A DNA stretch of 64,000 nucleotides. Source: Schmidtea polychroa. Its lineage: Eukaryota. The notes beneath the pieces are model-generated. The model searched no databases. It worked only from the letters and a program-made list of their open reading frames with translations, and was not told the DNA's origin. Shown here piece after piece: positions 24,668 to 35,454 of this stretch. Position 1 is the first letter of the stretch. The number at the start of each line of letters is the position of its first letter. The translations under genes were made by a program, and so were the position numbers. Where the stretch lies: NCBI GenBank assembly GCA_044892525.1, contig CM097885.1:16928001-16992000 (forward strand), written 5' to 3'.

Positions 24668-25678
24668 ATGAGTTCTTATATTCCATGTAATAGAGGTGGT
24701 GGAACAATAAAAACAGGGTTTAATACAGAAGAAATATTAACTTTAACAGAAAATAAATATATTAATGAAAGAGGTGATTCAATGAAGGGTGATTTAATTT
24801 TAAATGGACACAAGATAAAAGAATTATCTTTTCCAACTGATGAAGCTGATGCAGTTAATAAGAAATATGTAGATGGTGTTAAAAAATATACTGATTTAAC
24901 AACAACAAGAATTGAAAGTTCATTAACAACAAAAATTGATTCAATGGAATCAAAGCTTAATAATATCGAACAACGATTTAATGATAAATTTGACAAGTTA
25001 CAAAGTCTGTTAACTGAACAAGTTGTAAAGTTAAATACTGCTATATTAAATTCTAAAGATAAACAAATTATGAATACTAAATTTAATGCAATATATAATA
25101 TAATAAATGAGATGATTACATCATTTAATAAAAGAATTTCAAATTTAGAGTCTCATGGAACACACATTAACACCACACATAGTATTAGAAAAAGAGCTGC
25201 TGAATTAGAACAGAATAAAACATTATTACCCCATACATATAAACATTTTATAGAACCAAGTTTAATAACAACAAACAGTAAAGAATGGGGTGTTTTTATG
25301 GTTGTAAAAATTATTGATCCTTATTTCTTTTTATTTGATGATGATAATGAAAGAATGAAATGGTTTGTGAAATGTGATTATAATAGTAAGCTTGAAAAGG
25401 GTGATGTTATAATGACTAGTTATGATTTACCACACGGAGATTGGTATGTTAATACTCATTCACATGGACTACATAAAGTTAAAAGTAAGAATATTCATTT
25501 TTCTAGTTCACTTGTACAATATATAGATTTAATATTTTATGAAAAAAAGGTTGATGTTGATGAAGTTCGTAAAGCATTGAGAGAATTGTATAAAGACATC
25601 CTCTCAACAAGATTTTCTTTTGATATCCGAGTATTGGTGCCAGGTGGTGCTCAGAAGAATAAAGTCTTATTTTTTTAA
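24668..25678 (+). CDS. Putative fibre/spike-like protein
   Basis: GDSMKGDL...IKEL..PT..DAVNKKYVD neck-type motif, coiled-coil stretch, globular C-terminus. Confidence 0.55.
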   Translation: MSSYIPCNRGGGTIKTGFNTEEILTLTENKYINERGDSMKGDLILNGHKIKELSFPTDEADAVNKKYVDGVKKYTDLTTTRIESSLTTKIDSMESKLNNIEQRFNDKFDKLQSLLTEQVVKLNTAILNSKDKQIMNTKFNAIYNIINEMITSFNKRISNLESHGTHINTTHSIRKRAAELEQNKTLLPHTYKHFIEPSLITTNSKEWGVFMVVKIIDPYFFLFDDDNERMKWFVKCDYNSKLEKGDVIMTSYDLPHGDWYVNTHSHGLHKVKSKNIHFSSSLVQYIDLIFYEKKVDVDEVRKALRELYKDILSTRFSFDIRVLVPGGAQKNKVLFF

Positions 25679-25686
25679 TTATTAAA

Positions 25687-26283
25687 ATGGAAGAAGTAAG
25701 AGAAGAAAAAATTTACCCAGAATTGAGATCATCAGGATATTATTCTTCCAAGGCCTCGGCTCCCACAGAACTTGAAATTATGAGAGTAAAAGAATTTAAA
25801 TCAGAAACCTTACATTTACAAGATTTATTAAAGCATTATAAAAAAATTAAAAATAGATGGAATAAAGGGAATACAGTTTTAAAAGTTATAGGTTATTCTT
25901 TAGGATTTGCATCTGCAATATTAACAGTTATTTTACCCATAACTTTACCAGTTTTAACACTTGCGCCAGTAATACTTGGAAGTATTTCTGTAGCTGATGG
26001 TTTCTTAACTGAAATAGTTTCATTATCTTATACTTCTAAAAAGAAAAGTTTATATAGAGAAGTTTGTTTATCAATAGAATTAGGAATCTCTAAATTATTT
26101 TTATTTCAATTAAAAGCTTTGGAAGATGGAATCCTGACAGACGAAGAAATAATGAAATCAAATCAAATAATACAAGATATAAAGAATGAGGTTATAAGAT
26201 TAAAAAGGGAGGGCATGGTGGCTAATGTTATAAGTAATAAAAAAACATCTCGAGAAAAATGGTTAAAGAATTCTTACTTATAA
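25687..26283 (+). CDS. Membrane protein of unknown function
   Basis: Intact 198-aa ORF with a central hydrophobic hairpin. Confidence 0.65.
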   Translation: MEEVREEKIYPELRSSGYYSSKASAPTELEIMRVKEFKSETLHLQDLLKHYKKIKNRWNKGNTVLKVIGYSLGFASAILTVILPITLPVLTLAPVILGSISVADGFLTEIVSLSYTSKKKSLYREVCLSIELGISKLFLFQLKALEDGILTDEEIMKSNQIIQDIKNEVIRLKREGMVANVISNKKTSREKWLKNSYL

Positions 26284-26377
26284 AATGGGTGTATTTTTAA
26301 AAAAGTAGATCAGGTTGCTATAGTTGCTTAAATTAATTGTCGACATTTTATTATTAAAAAATTAAATATCGTTGGTT

Positions 26378-26932
26378 TCAGTTATGGTTGAAAGCCAACC
26401 TATGAATCATTAATTTATGATCTTTAAATTCTTTATCACTTAGACCTTTCATATATTCAGGATCAGTATTAAAATATTTAAGTTCTAAACATATAGGATT
26501 AAAAACTTGAGAATATAAAGGTTTCTCGATTTCTCTCTCGGGATAAATAATTTCAACATTATAAATATCAAGATCAGTAATCTTTGTATCATATAACTTA
26601 TTCAACTTTTCTAGATTTTTTATTATAGGGATTAAATTATTTCCAATAGGTAGAGTTGTCTTTAAATCACTTAGTATGAATCTCTTATCATCATAATTTG
26701 ATAATGATACTTTTTGAGATTCTATCAAGTGAATATCATGGTTTTCACTTTTAAGTTGATGTATTTCATCAATTTTATCTTTATGATTTGGATTCAATGT
26801 ATCTATATAATCTTGATGAGAAAGATTCTTTGCAACCACTCTCTGTATTCCTTTACATCTGTTATCCTTTAAATTAGTAATATTTTTTATAATTTCAAAA
26901 ATGTTATTTTCTTGATTTTTAGTTTCCATCAT
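26378..26932 (-). CDS. Stand-alone paralogue of the pPolB C-terminal domain
   Basis: Aligns to the last about 170 aa of the adjacent pPolB (KGIQ, NYDDKRFILSDLKTTLPIGN, ELKYFNTDPEY); has its own AAAATG. Confidence 0.85.
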   Translation of the reverse strand: MMETKNQENNIFEIIKNITNLKDNRCKGIQRVVAKNLSHQDYIDTLNPNHKDKIDEIHQLKSENHDIHLIESQKVSLSNYDDKRFILSDLKTTLPIGNNLIPIIKNLEKLNKLYDTKITDLDIYNVEIIYPEREIEKPLYSQVFNPICLELKYFNTDPEYMKGLSDKEFKDHKLMIHRLAFNHN

Positions 26933-26956
26933 TTTATAGTGTTAAAATTCTAATTC

Positions 26957-29900
26957 TTAGACCAGTCGTAATTGATTTATAATTATTTCTGCAGTAATGC
27001 TTTTTAACATTAATTTATGTGATTTAAAGTCTTCTGGTGTTAGTCCTTGGATATATTCAGGATCAGTATTAAAATATTTAAGTTCTATAGGTTTTATATT
27101 TTGAACTTGATTATATAAAGGTTTAGGAATTAATATTTCAGGATATTGGATTTCTACTTTAGCAAGTTGAAGGTCTGTAATCTCTAGGTTATAAATTTCA
27201 TTTATTTTATCAAGATTTTTTATTATAGGGATTAAATCATTTCCAATAGGTAATGTTGTCTTCAAGTCAGAAAGTATAAATCTTTTATCATCATAATTTG
27301 TTATAGCAATCTTGTTACACTCTTCAAGATATATATTATGTTTCTCTGATTTAAGATGATGGGTTTTAGCAATTTTATTTTTATAATTTATATTTAATGA
27401 ATCTTTATACTCTTGATGTGTGAAGGTTTTTGACACTGATTTTTGAATTCCTTTACTTTTATTTTCTTTATAGCTTTTCGGGTTTTCAGGGAATGAAGGA
27501 TATTCAAATGTGTGATCTATTTCAACAGATCCTTCTCCCTCCCCTATTATAAATTTTATTGTATGCTCTTTCATAATTGGTTTGTCTTTCATTTCAAGAG
27601 AATATTGTTTAGGTCTAATAAACACTCCTCCACTTATTGGAGTATTTGGTTTTTCATCTTTAAAAGTAAATAATTCTCCAGAGTTGTTTATTAATTTATT
27701 TAAGGTTTCGTTTTCACTTATTTCCTTTTTTAAATCTTTACTATGACCTTTTAAAAACATACTATCAGTGTCCATAGCATGCATGGATATTCGATCTCCA
27801 AAATGTGGTACTAGAACATCATAGTAGGCTTCATACATTTGAAGCTTTGAAAGTTCTAAAATTGAAAACCCTATAAAGATTGGTTTATTATAAGTTTTTA
27901 CAGAGTTTTTAATCTCTATGGCTATAAGGTTACTAGAGAATATCTCGGCATTTTTAAATGTGGGCTTTCCAATTATCCGGTTGTACCTATTAAGGTCTTT
28001 GGATGTATTGGTCAAAAGCTCTACACGTGTGTACTTGTCTATATTCTCCATGGTCTTTCCAAAGACCGCATTGTTCAGGAGTTTGTAAATCATATCAAGA
28101 AATGCATTTCCAGCTCTCTTTGCTGCATTTCTTTTCAAAATATTTCCCTCTATGAATTTTTTCATAAAAGGGGCTTGTCGAAATTTAATAATGGAATGTA
28201 CTTTTTTTAAAACCATTCCATGGGAGAGATAAAACTGAAGGAGTCTATAATGACAAAGGTAATCAGTTTTATCGGTCTGATCGCATAAAAGTTTTATACA
28301 GGGCGATCTATCCTGAGCCATCTGCCAGTCTGAAAGTTCTTCAGTCGAGATCTTTCTTCTTACTGGAGCAAATGGAAAGAATCTTGTCCTGGATTTTATT
28401 TCATTGGGATATTCAAGATCGCATTCTATGACATATCCAAATTGAGAATCTTTTGGTGTTTTTAGAATTTCTTGTATTAATTCCTCAGTGGGCTCTTCCC
28501 AGGTGAACTTGCCAATTGGAAGGTATTGAGTCATTACTCCCGCATATAAAGCTGTTGCATCTATATACATTATTTCAGAAGGATTAGAAAGACCTTCCAT
28601 TATTTCCTTACGATCTTCTGGGTTTGTTATTTCTACATATAGAGCATCAGGATCTTTGAAAAATTTAGGATAAAGAGTTGTAAAATTATTAGCATTTATT
28701 TCTCTATTCCCTTGTACTGAAGAAATACCTCCTCTAATATTATGTTTATATACATTAAACATATCAAGCTCAACTAATAATTCAATAGTTTTATTTCTTA
28801 CTGCTACATCTTCATCAGTCCATATGGTATATAATAATATATCCCAAGCTAGAGAGGGAGCGGTTATATAATTATAAGGTTTTAATTCAAAAGCTTTTGA
28901 AAATGTCTCGAAGCAATCAGCTAAGATATAAACATCCAAGGAAAGATACATGTCAGTATATTCTCCAAGGTTTCTACAGTTGAATAGATTCCACATTTTA
29001 ACTGCACGGGAATATTCCTGATCAGAAATCCCTGATTGTGTTAAAACAGAAAAGAAATCTTCTTGGGGTGGGAGTAATTCATTATATTTTTCAAAGGAGT
29101 CTATATAATCATATGGATAGATTCCTTTTGCTAGACAGGTATTATATTCCTCTAATGGAATATTGTTTTTTAATAACACATGTTCTTTTGTATATTTAAA
29201 ATCCTCAGGGTTCATAGTTTTAGCAATCCCATCCAAAGACATCCCTAAGAAATTTAACGAGTCCAAAAACTTAAAGCATCCATATTGAATGCTTTTATAT
29301 TTTTCTTTTGTAAGTCCAATAACCTTGAAAGAGTTTTTAGCATTTGCGGCCAGATGCTTAATGAATAGGTGAATATCATAGCCAAAAAGATTGTGAAATA
29401 TAAATGGTATGTGTGTTGGTTTTTTACAATTGAGATTACATTTTTTATGGGCTGCTCCTCTGTAATTATTTTCTCTTTTAAAATGATCATGGTCTGCAAC
29501 CTTTGGCTCCTCATCCTCAAACTCTTGTTTACACATCCAGCAGTGTGTTGCATTTTTATATTCTTCCTCTTGTTCTTCTGAAAAATTCATAGGAAAGTTG
29601 GATTTTAATATTATATATAATTCATGTTCTAGATTATTTAAAGTTTTAACAAAATGATCTAGAGTCTCTTTGTCAGAAGTTCCTCTAAATGAATATTCTC
29701 TAGATTCTACAAGTTCTGGATAATTACTTTTAAAAAACATTTTATAAGCAGAGGGTATTTGTTTTGTTAGTTTTACAGTATTAGTTTTTGTTCGTCTTAG
29801 TTTTACATTTATAGCTTCAAAATCACAATAAACCACTCCCAATGCTTCTAATAGATTGGAATAGTTTTTAAACCTCATATTAGCATTTTTCTTGTGTGGC

Positions 29901-31336
29901 ATTTTTATTAAAGCAGGTTGATTCTTACAACAGAGTCTCTCATGTTTAATAGCAGCAAGTTTTGAACTTGAATGATATAAACATCTTTTACAACATATGC
30001 CTCCACGAATGAGTGTGTTTCCTTTCATAAAACTTTGAAAATTCTTTATTAAGATATAATGAAGTTTTTTATCTAACATAGTGCCTCCGGACGCAGTGCT
30101 TTCTGCTTCTGGTTCTAATGAAATGCCTTCTTCTGCTTCTCTCCTCGGGTGAACGCTTTGAACCTCTTCACCATATTCTTCTCCATCAAAGTCTTCATCT
30201 GGTTTACCTTCTTCTAATATTAAAAGATCTACTTCTCTCTTTTCATCTGAGATTTCCATGTTAGAAATGTAAATAGGAATAATGTGTTTATAATTTTTAT
30301 TTTTTCTAGTTTTTGTAATTTTGGTTGGAATGAATTGATAAATATTAATTTTAAGATTATTTAATTTTTCAAATGCTGGAACATCTTCAATTTTCATTGG
30401 GTGGGAAAAATCTTTTGGATAAATTAATTCAGATTCATATTCTTCATATTTTTGAACTCTCTGTGGGTTAGTTGCTTGAGGATGTAAGTGTGCAAGTATT
30501 GACCATTGAAAACATTTATTATCTTTATTCTGTACATTAATAACATGGTTGGAGGTGAATGGTGTGTGAATAAAAGATTTAGGATTTGGTGGTGCGCCTC
30601 TCCAGTATTCAATCTCTATATTTTGAAAAGAGTGGAATCTTAAATTAGATTCTCCTAGTTCTTGTTCCACCTGTTCTTGTTTTTCTTCCAATTCTTTAGC
30701 TATATCATTAACAAGTTTATTTCCTGCTTTTGTAGAAAATAAATATTTATATGAGGTTTCAATTTTTACATCTAGAGGCATTGCGATTGAATCATCTCCT
30801 CTCCAGTATTTTGCATTTCCTGTAAATTTAACTTTTATAACATTAAATCTTGATCTACCAAATTTTTTTATAGCATCATCCATTGATGATATTATTTTTT
30901 TTTTATTTTCTCTTATATATTGCATGATTGATCTGGGTCCTCGTTTTACTTCTGCAATTACATCGGTGTGATTGAAGTCATCCCAATTAAACTCTAGTTT
31001 TTCAGCTTTTTCAGTCATTGAGTTTGAATCAGAATCTTTTGCTTCAAGACCACAATCTTCTATGTGTCTTAAGTAAAAAGATTTTATCCTCATCGTTTTT
31101 CCACATGCTGAACATTCGAATATTTCTCTGTTTTTAGGAACTCCAATACAATTTTTAAAATGCTTCTTATAACCTGAAAATAAATATCTATCCTTACATT
31201 TAGTACAGATTTTGGAATTAGTGTCATCTAGTGTGTTAGCTTTTATTAAATGGTCTTTTGATTTTTTATGAGATGTTAAAGCAGTTTTATTTTTAAAATT
31301 TTTTTCACAAATTTCACAATTGAAAATAGCTTCCAT
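26957..31336 (-). CDS. polB: Protein-primed family B DNA polymerase with N-terminal zinc fingers and an endonuclease VII-like insert
   Basis: YCDFE, FHNLFGYD, KGIYPY, YIDATALY, KLLNNAVFGK, DTDS; CWMC...DHDH...AHKKCN; intact 1459 aa. Confidence 0.97.
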   Translation of the reverse strand: MEAIFNCEICEKNFKNKTALTSHKKSKDHLIKANTLDDTNSKICTKCKDRYLFSGYKKHFKNCIGVPKNREIFECSACGKTMRIKSFYLRHIEDCGLEAKDSDSNSMTEKAEKLEFNWDDFNHTDVIAEVKRGPRSIMQYIRENKKKIISSMDDAIKKFGRSRFNVIKVKFTGNAKYWRGDDSIAMPLDVKIETSYKYLFSTKAGNKLVNDIAKELEEKQEQVEQELGESNLRFHSFQNIEIEYWRGAPPNPKSFIHTPFTSNHVINVQNKDNKCFQWSILAHLHPQATNPQRVQKYEEYESELIYPKDFSHPMKIEDVPAFEKLNNLKINIYQFIPTKITKTRKNKNYKHIIPIYISNMEISDEKREVDLLILEEGKPDEDFDGEEYGEEVQSVHPRREAEEGISLEPEAESTASGGTMLDKKLHYILIKNFQSFMKGNTLIRGGICCKRCLYHSSSKLAAIKHERLCCKNQPALIKMPHKKNANMRFKNYSNLLEALGVVYCDFEAINVKLRRTKTNTVKLTKQIPSAYKMFFKSNYPELVESREYSFRGTSDKETLDHFVKTLNNLEHELYIILKSNFPMNFSEEQEEEYKNATHCWMCKQEFEDEEPKVADHDHFKRENNYRGAAHKKCNLNCKKPTHIPFIFHNLFGYDIHLFIKHLAANAKNSFKVIGLTKEKYKSIQYGCFKFLDSLNFLGMSLDGIAKTMNPEDFKYTKEHVLLKNNIPLEEYNTCLAKGIYPYDYIDSFEKYNELLPPQEDFFSVLTQSGISDQEYSRAVKMWNLFNCRNLGEYTDMYLSLDVYILADCFETFSKAFELKPYNYITAPSLAWDILLYTIWTDEDVAVRNKTIELLVELDMFNVYKHNIRGGISSVQGNREINANNFTTLYPKFFKDPDALYVEITNPEDRKEIMEGLSNPSEIMYIDATALYAGVMTQYLPIGKFTWEEPTEELIQEILKTPKDSQFGYVIECDLEYPNEIKSRTRFFPFAPVRRKISTEELSDWQMAQDRSPCIKLLCDQTDKTDYLCHYRLLQFYLSHGMVLKKVHSIIKFRQAPFMKKFIEGNILKRNAAKRAGNAFLDMIYKLLNNAVFGKTMENIDKYTRVELLTNTSKDLNRYNRIIGKPTFKNAEIFSSNLIAIEIKNSVKTYNKPIFIGFSILELSKLQMYEAYYDVLVPHFGDRISMHAMDTDSMFLKGHSKDLKKEISENETLNKLINNSGELFTFKDEKPNTPISGGVFIRPKQYSLEMKDKPIMKEHTIKFIIGEGEGSVEIDHTFEYPSFPENPKSYKENKSKGIQKSVSKTFTHQEYKDSLNINYKNKIAKTHHLKSEKHNIYLEECNKIAITNYDDKRFILSDLKTTLPIGNDLIPIIKNLDKINEIYNLEITDLQLAKVEIQYPEILIPKPLYNQVQNIKPIELKYFNTDPEYIQGLTPEDFKSHKLMLKSITAEIIINQLRLV

Positions 31337-31409
31337 TTTTAAAAGAATCTTTTGGTTGGATACGATGTTTTGGTTTTGATATTAATTTTTATTTTTTTTA
31401 AATCTAAAA

Positions 31410-31726
31410 GTGATCAGGCGACCTAGATCATTATGAATTAGGTAATCTGATATTCTTATAACATTAAATCCTTAAGACCAAGTAGTGAGGAATCTATGCA
31501 CCCCGTTACCTTTTCTCGGAATTACTAATCTATAAATACATCTATTCCGAACTTTTTTACTTTTAAGGGAAGAAATTAAGGGTTAATGGCAATAGGGGAC
31601 AAAGTTTAAAAGTTAAAAAAAGTGAAGAATATGGGGTAAAAAAGCATATAAATGTGGAAAATATGGGTCAATAGCGCTGTTTTTTTTGAGGGTTGGGGTG
31701 CTGGGGTGCATAGATTCCTCACTACT
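31410..31726 (-). repeat. Maverick 1 right TIR (317 bp)
   Basis: Inverted match to the left end. Confidence 0.95.
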
Positions 31727-32402
31727 ATTGGTTTAATCTTCAAACCTCAACAAAATACGATTTTCACCAAAAAACCTGTCTGTAAATAATAGGAACGTTT
31801 TTTTGCTTGCTTAGATAACTAAGGAAAATATCTTTTTTACCAAAATTATTGAAGGGGCTTATAATTTTCATTCATTTATAATTTTTTTAGAAGAGTGCTG
31901 TAATTTTTAGAACTTTGATATATGTAATAAAGGAAAATGTGAAACAGTGAAAATTAATTATTTTCTGTAATTCAAGTTATTTAATTGTCAAGTGAGTGTA
32001 TACAATTAACTATTATAATCTATTATAACTATTAATCTAAAATTTCATTTTACTCATTTTTGATCTGAGAAAATTTCTTTTTATTTTATAGCCCAATATG
32101 TCTGAGAAGAGAAGAAAAACTTCTTTTAATGTAAACTACACGACTGAATTTCCATTTATAACGAAAGTGGCACATGATGACTCCAAAGCGTATTGCGCAA
32201 TATGCTGTACAAAATTCTCAATTTCCTCTGGCGATCAACATGCTGATAGCAAACGCCATAAAGCATCTCTAGAAGCTGGATCATCTAGCAAGAAAGTCAG
32301 CGACAGTAGATGGATTGGGCACCGCTGGCACAGTACCCCCCCCTCTCCTCCCCCCGTCGGTAAGATTTTCAAAAATATTCTAAGTCTAAAAGTACATTTT
32401 TT

Positions 32403-32694
32403 TCAAGGTCAAATTTAAACAAAGACATATGACTCATCAAGGTCATTGAAACAAAGACCATGACTCATTCAAGGTCATTTTCAAGGTCATATGACTCATT
32501 CAAGGTCATTCCCGAGGTCATATGACTCATTCAAGGTCATTCTCAAGGTCATATGACTCATACTATGACTCATCAAAATTTTCAAGGTCATTTTCAAGGC
32601 ACCTGAGTCATCCTATGACTCATCAAGGTCATTTTCAAGGTCGCATGACTCATCCAAGGTCATATGAGTCATCGCGATGAGTCATCAAGGTCAT
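32403..32694. repeat. Subterminal array of TGA(C/G)TCA and TCAAGGTCA motifs
   Basis: About ten copies of each, interleaved. Confidence 0.9.
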
Positions 32695-32950
32695 ATTATT
32701 ATTTTTAAAAAATATTATTATTTTTTCAAAGTTCCCGTCAATGAAAATTAATAATCGATAGCTCATTTTAAAGCTCAATCCAAGGCCTTTCGAATGAGCC
32801 ATATATCTTGTTATTAAGATTATTATTTCTAAAGATATTATTATTAATCTATATACACAGAGTCTATCCGACAAAATATTTTGTCCCCCTATGGGTAATG
32901 CTCACAAGGGTACTGGTCACGCTCAACAAATCAACAAAACATACATTTAT

Positions 32951-33451
32951 TTAAACAATAAAATAATGTAAAATTAACAAAGGCAAACTAAATATTGATG
33001 TACTACTATTCGCAGCAATATTGTTAGAAATTGGTAACGATGAATTGATTTTCAGATATTCTATTGATCCTTTGATTGTTTGAATTTCTCTTAATAATAA
33101 TTCAATCTTTTTTAACAAATAATCATGCTTCTTATCAATAATTTTCATATTCTTTTTATTTTCAACAATAGAGTTATTGAAAACTTCAATATGATCAATC
33201 AATTTAATTTTTATATTTTGTATATATGCAAATGATAGTTCATAACTGTTTTCTAAATTCTCCAATCTTTGAGATATTCTTTTTCCTGGATGCTTTGACC
33301 ATTTTGGTTTGTCGAGAATATATAAAATATCCATCAACTTGGCAGTATTCGGACAAACACATATTGATTTATTAAAAGACTCTACTGTTATTGTTGTATT
33401 GTGTGAGCACACACTCGTTATAATAATTAGCAATATGAATATAGTTTTCAT
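32951..33451 (-). CDS. Putative secreted or membrane-anchored coiled-coil protein
   Basis: Signal peptide MKTIFILLIIITSVCS, heptad pattern, hydrophobic C-terminal tail. Confidence 0.6.
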   Translation of the reverse strand: MKTIFILLIIITSVCSHNTTITVESFNKSICVCPNTAKLMDILYILDKPKWSKHPGKRISQRLENLENSYELSFAYIQNIKIKLIDHIEVFNNSIVENKKNMKIIDKKHDYLLKKIELLLREIQTIKGSIEYLKINSSLPISNNIAANSSTSIFSLPLLILHYFIV

Positions 33452-33551
33452 GGTGTATCAAATCCTTTCTTTTACATTTATAGTCTATCAACCAATCAAA
33501 ATCATACGGTATTAGTATAAATAAAACATCATATTTTAAATTATTGTAAAA

Positions 33552-34066
33552 ATGTCTCATTTTATGGAAAATCTTTTAAGAGAACTCGTCAACAAGAATA
33601 TTATGGAAAGCCTCTGTTTCCTGGTCGATCGGACCGAAAAGATCATAGAAGGTAATCACATTGATTATGATGATGTGATCAATTCCGATTGTCTCGAAAC
33701 CAAAAAATTCTATTTTAATAGGATTTTTAACTACCTATGCGACGAGGAGATGAAGTGGACCCGAATACTAGTAGGGTTCGCTTATATGAAGATAATAATT
33801 GAAAAAAGTCTATGGGACTCCGAGCACTATTATCAGTGGTCTCAAGAAGTAATACTTTTATAATCTATATTTTATTAATATTTATTTTCTAGATAATCAA
33901 GTCAAAGTTTCAACCATGGATTGAAGCCAATGGCGGATGGGGCGTACTCAATCAACTCGCCAGAAATGCAAAAGAAATAGACGATCAGAAAAGAAAATTT
34001 AAAAACTATATTAAACTTGCAACAGGTGTTGCTATTTTGTATGTTTTATGTCGGTTTTTTAAATAA
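33552..34066 (+). CDS. Bcl-2 family protein, two exons (33552-33848, 33893-34066), 156 aa
   Basis: BH1-like MKWTRILVGFAY; 44-nt phase-0 GT-AG intron; BH2 WIEANGGW; C-terminal tail anchor ATGVAILYVLCRFFK. Confidence 0.85.
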
Positions 34067-34143
34067 AAATTAATATAGTTATTTTGTTTGATTTTTAAAT
34101 AAAATTTTAAATAAATTTACAAACACTAATTAACTAAAATTTA

Positions 34144-34446
34144 TTAATTAACACATTCGCAGTCGTCATCTCCACATTTCATTATATTTTCAACGACATG
34201 ATCAATACAATCATTCGTAATATTATCTTTAGATTCGTCTTTAGGTTCCTCTATAGGTTCATCTATAGGTTCATCTATAGGTTCATAGATTTCCTCATCA
34301 ATTTCTTGAGTATTGGTTTCTTGAGTTTCTTCCTCATCATCAAATCCTGTATCTTGACTCTCAACTATCCAGCCGATATTTAAGGCATTTGTAATAGATA
34401 ATATGTCCTCAATTTTCACACCAGCTATTTCTGCTAACTTTTCCAA
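34144..34446 (-). CDS. Small acidic protein (probably the last exon of a spliced gene)
   Basis: D/E-rich with EPID repeats; no ATG at the ORF start. Confidence 0.4.
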   Translation of the reverse strand: MEKLAEIAGVKIEDILSITNALNIGWIVESQDTGFDDEEETQETNTQEIDEEIYEPIDEPIDEPIEEPKDESKDNITNDCIDHVVENIMKCGDDDCECVN

Positions 34447-34655
34447 AAAAAAGTTGATTAAAAATTCTAAATAATAAATAATTCGGTAATTAATTAATCA
34501 TGTTAACCTTTTTCTGCAGTCATTTTCATCACTTTAAAACTAAATTATAAGTTTGTTTATAGATTTTCTTTGTTAAATTTGCATGTCATTTGCATTTATG
34601 TTGCAATTAATAAAGAAAAAAACAAATCTGACTAATACATTTATCAAATATAACA

Positions 34656-35066
34656 TTAAAATATTTGTGAAAGTCTAGCAGACATAATTTTCCAAATAGG
34701 AGAATATACATCATTATTATCAACTTTATATCCCTGGATTGCAATTGTTATATACCAATTTTCATTTCCTTTGAAACTGATTTCATCAAAAGCATCATAA
34801 AATCTTGCATATCTATTGTTGAACCATGCATGTTGATTACACGATAGATTCGAATCTATCCGTTTAAAAACATCATCAATAGTTTTGACATCAATCATTG
34901 AAAGCGTGCCGGATAAGAATTGAAATTTAGTTGGAATTAGCTTGACTGGTGCAACCAATTTCATATTGATTTCTTCTTTCAAAAAATACATTTTGTAGTT
35001 GTGAAACATTTGAACTGGTTGTACCATTTCTTTAGGTTTTTCGGTGCTTGAAATTTTCTTGGTCAT
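34656..35066 (-). CDS. Hypothetical protein
   Basis: 136-aa ATG ORF downstream of a CCAAT/TATA pair. Confidence 0.55.
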   Translation of the reverse strand: MTKKISSTEKPKEMVQPVQMFHNYKMYFLKEEINMKLVAPVKLIPTKFQFLSGTLSMIDVKTIDDVFKRIDSNLSCNQHAWFNNRYARFYDAFDEISFKGNENWYITIAIQGYKVDNNDVYSPIWKIMSARLSQIF

Positions 35067-35454
35067 CGTGAATAATGAATAAATTTAAATGTTACAGGGT
35101 TTTTATACCTTTGACTCATGCCTATCAACCAATCAGATTATAGCATGTCTTTGTTTAAATTGCATTCAAAATGCATTGATGTTGCATTGTCACATGTTTT
35201 GTTATATGTTCTATTTACAGATTTATTATTTATGTGTTTTATTATTAATGTTTAAATTATTACATGTTTTGTTATATATTCTATTTACAGATTTATTATT
35301 AATGTGTTTCATTATTATTAATGTTTTTTTTACTATTATTATTACTATTCATATTTCTATTATTACTATTTCTATTATTATTATTACTATTATTATTATT
35401 ACTATTATTTATTACTATTTCAAATATAAAAACACAACAGTTACAAAAATACAT

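Larger units (their letters stand above)
16765..31726. mobile_element. Maverick/Polinton 1 (adintovirus-like), near intact, 14,962 bp
   Basis: AGTAGT...ACTACT ends, long TIRs, 6-bp TSD ATTGGT (16759-16764, 31727-31732); pPolB, integrase, ATPase, protease and two capsid genes. Confidence 0.97.

Noticed and set aside
32305..32418. C-terminal part of ORF 32098..32418 (and the start of ORF 46490..46756)
   Set aside because: Chimeric read-through between hAT transposase and Maverick 2 TIRs.
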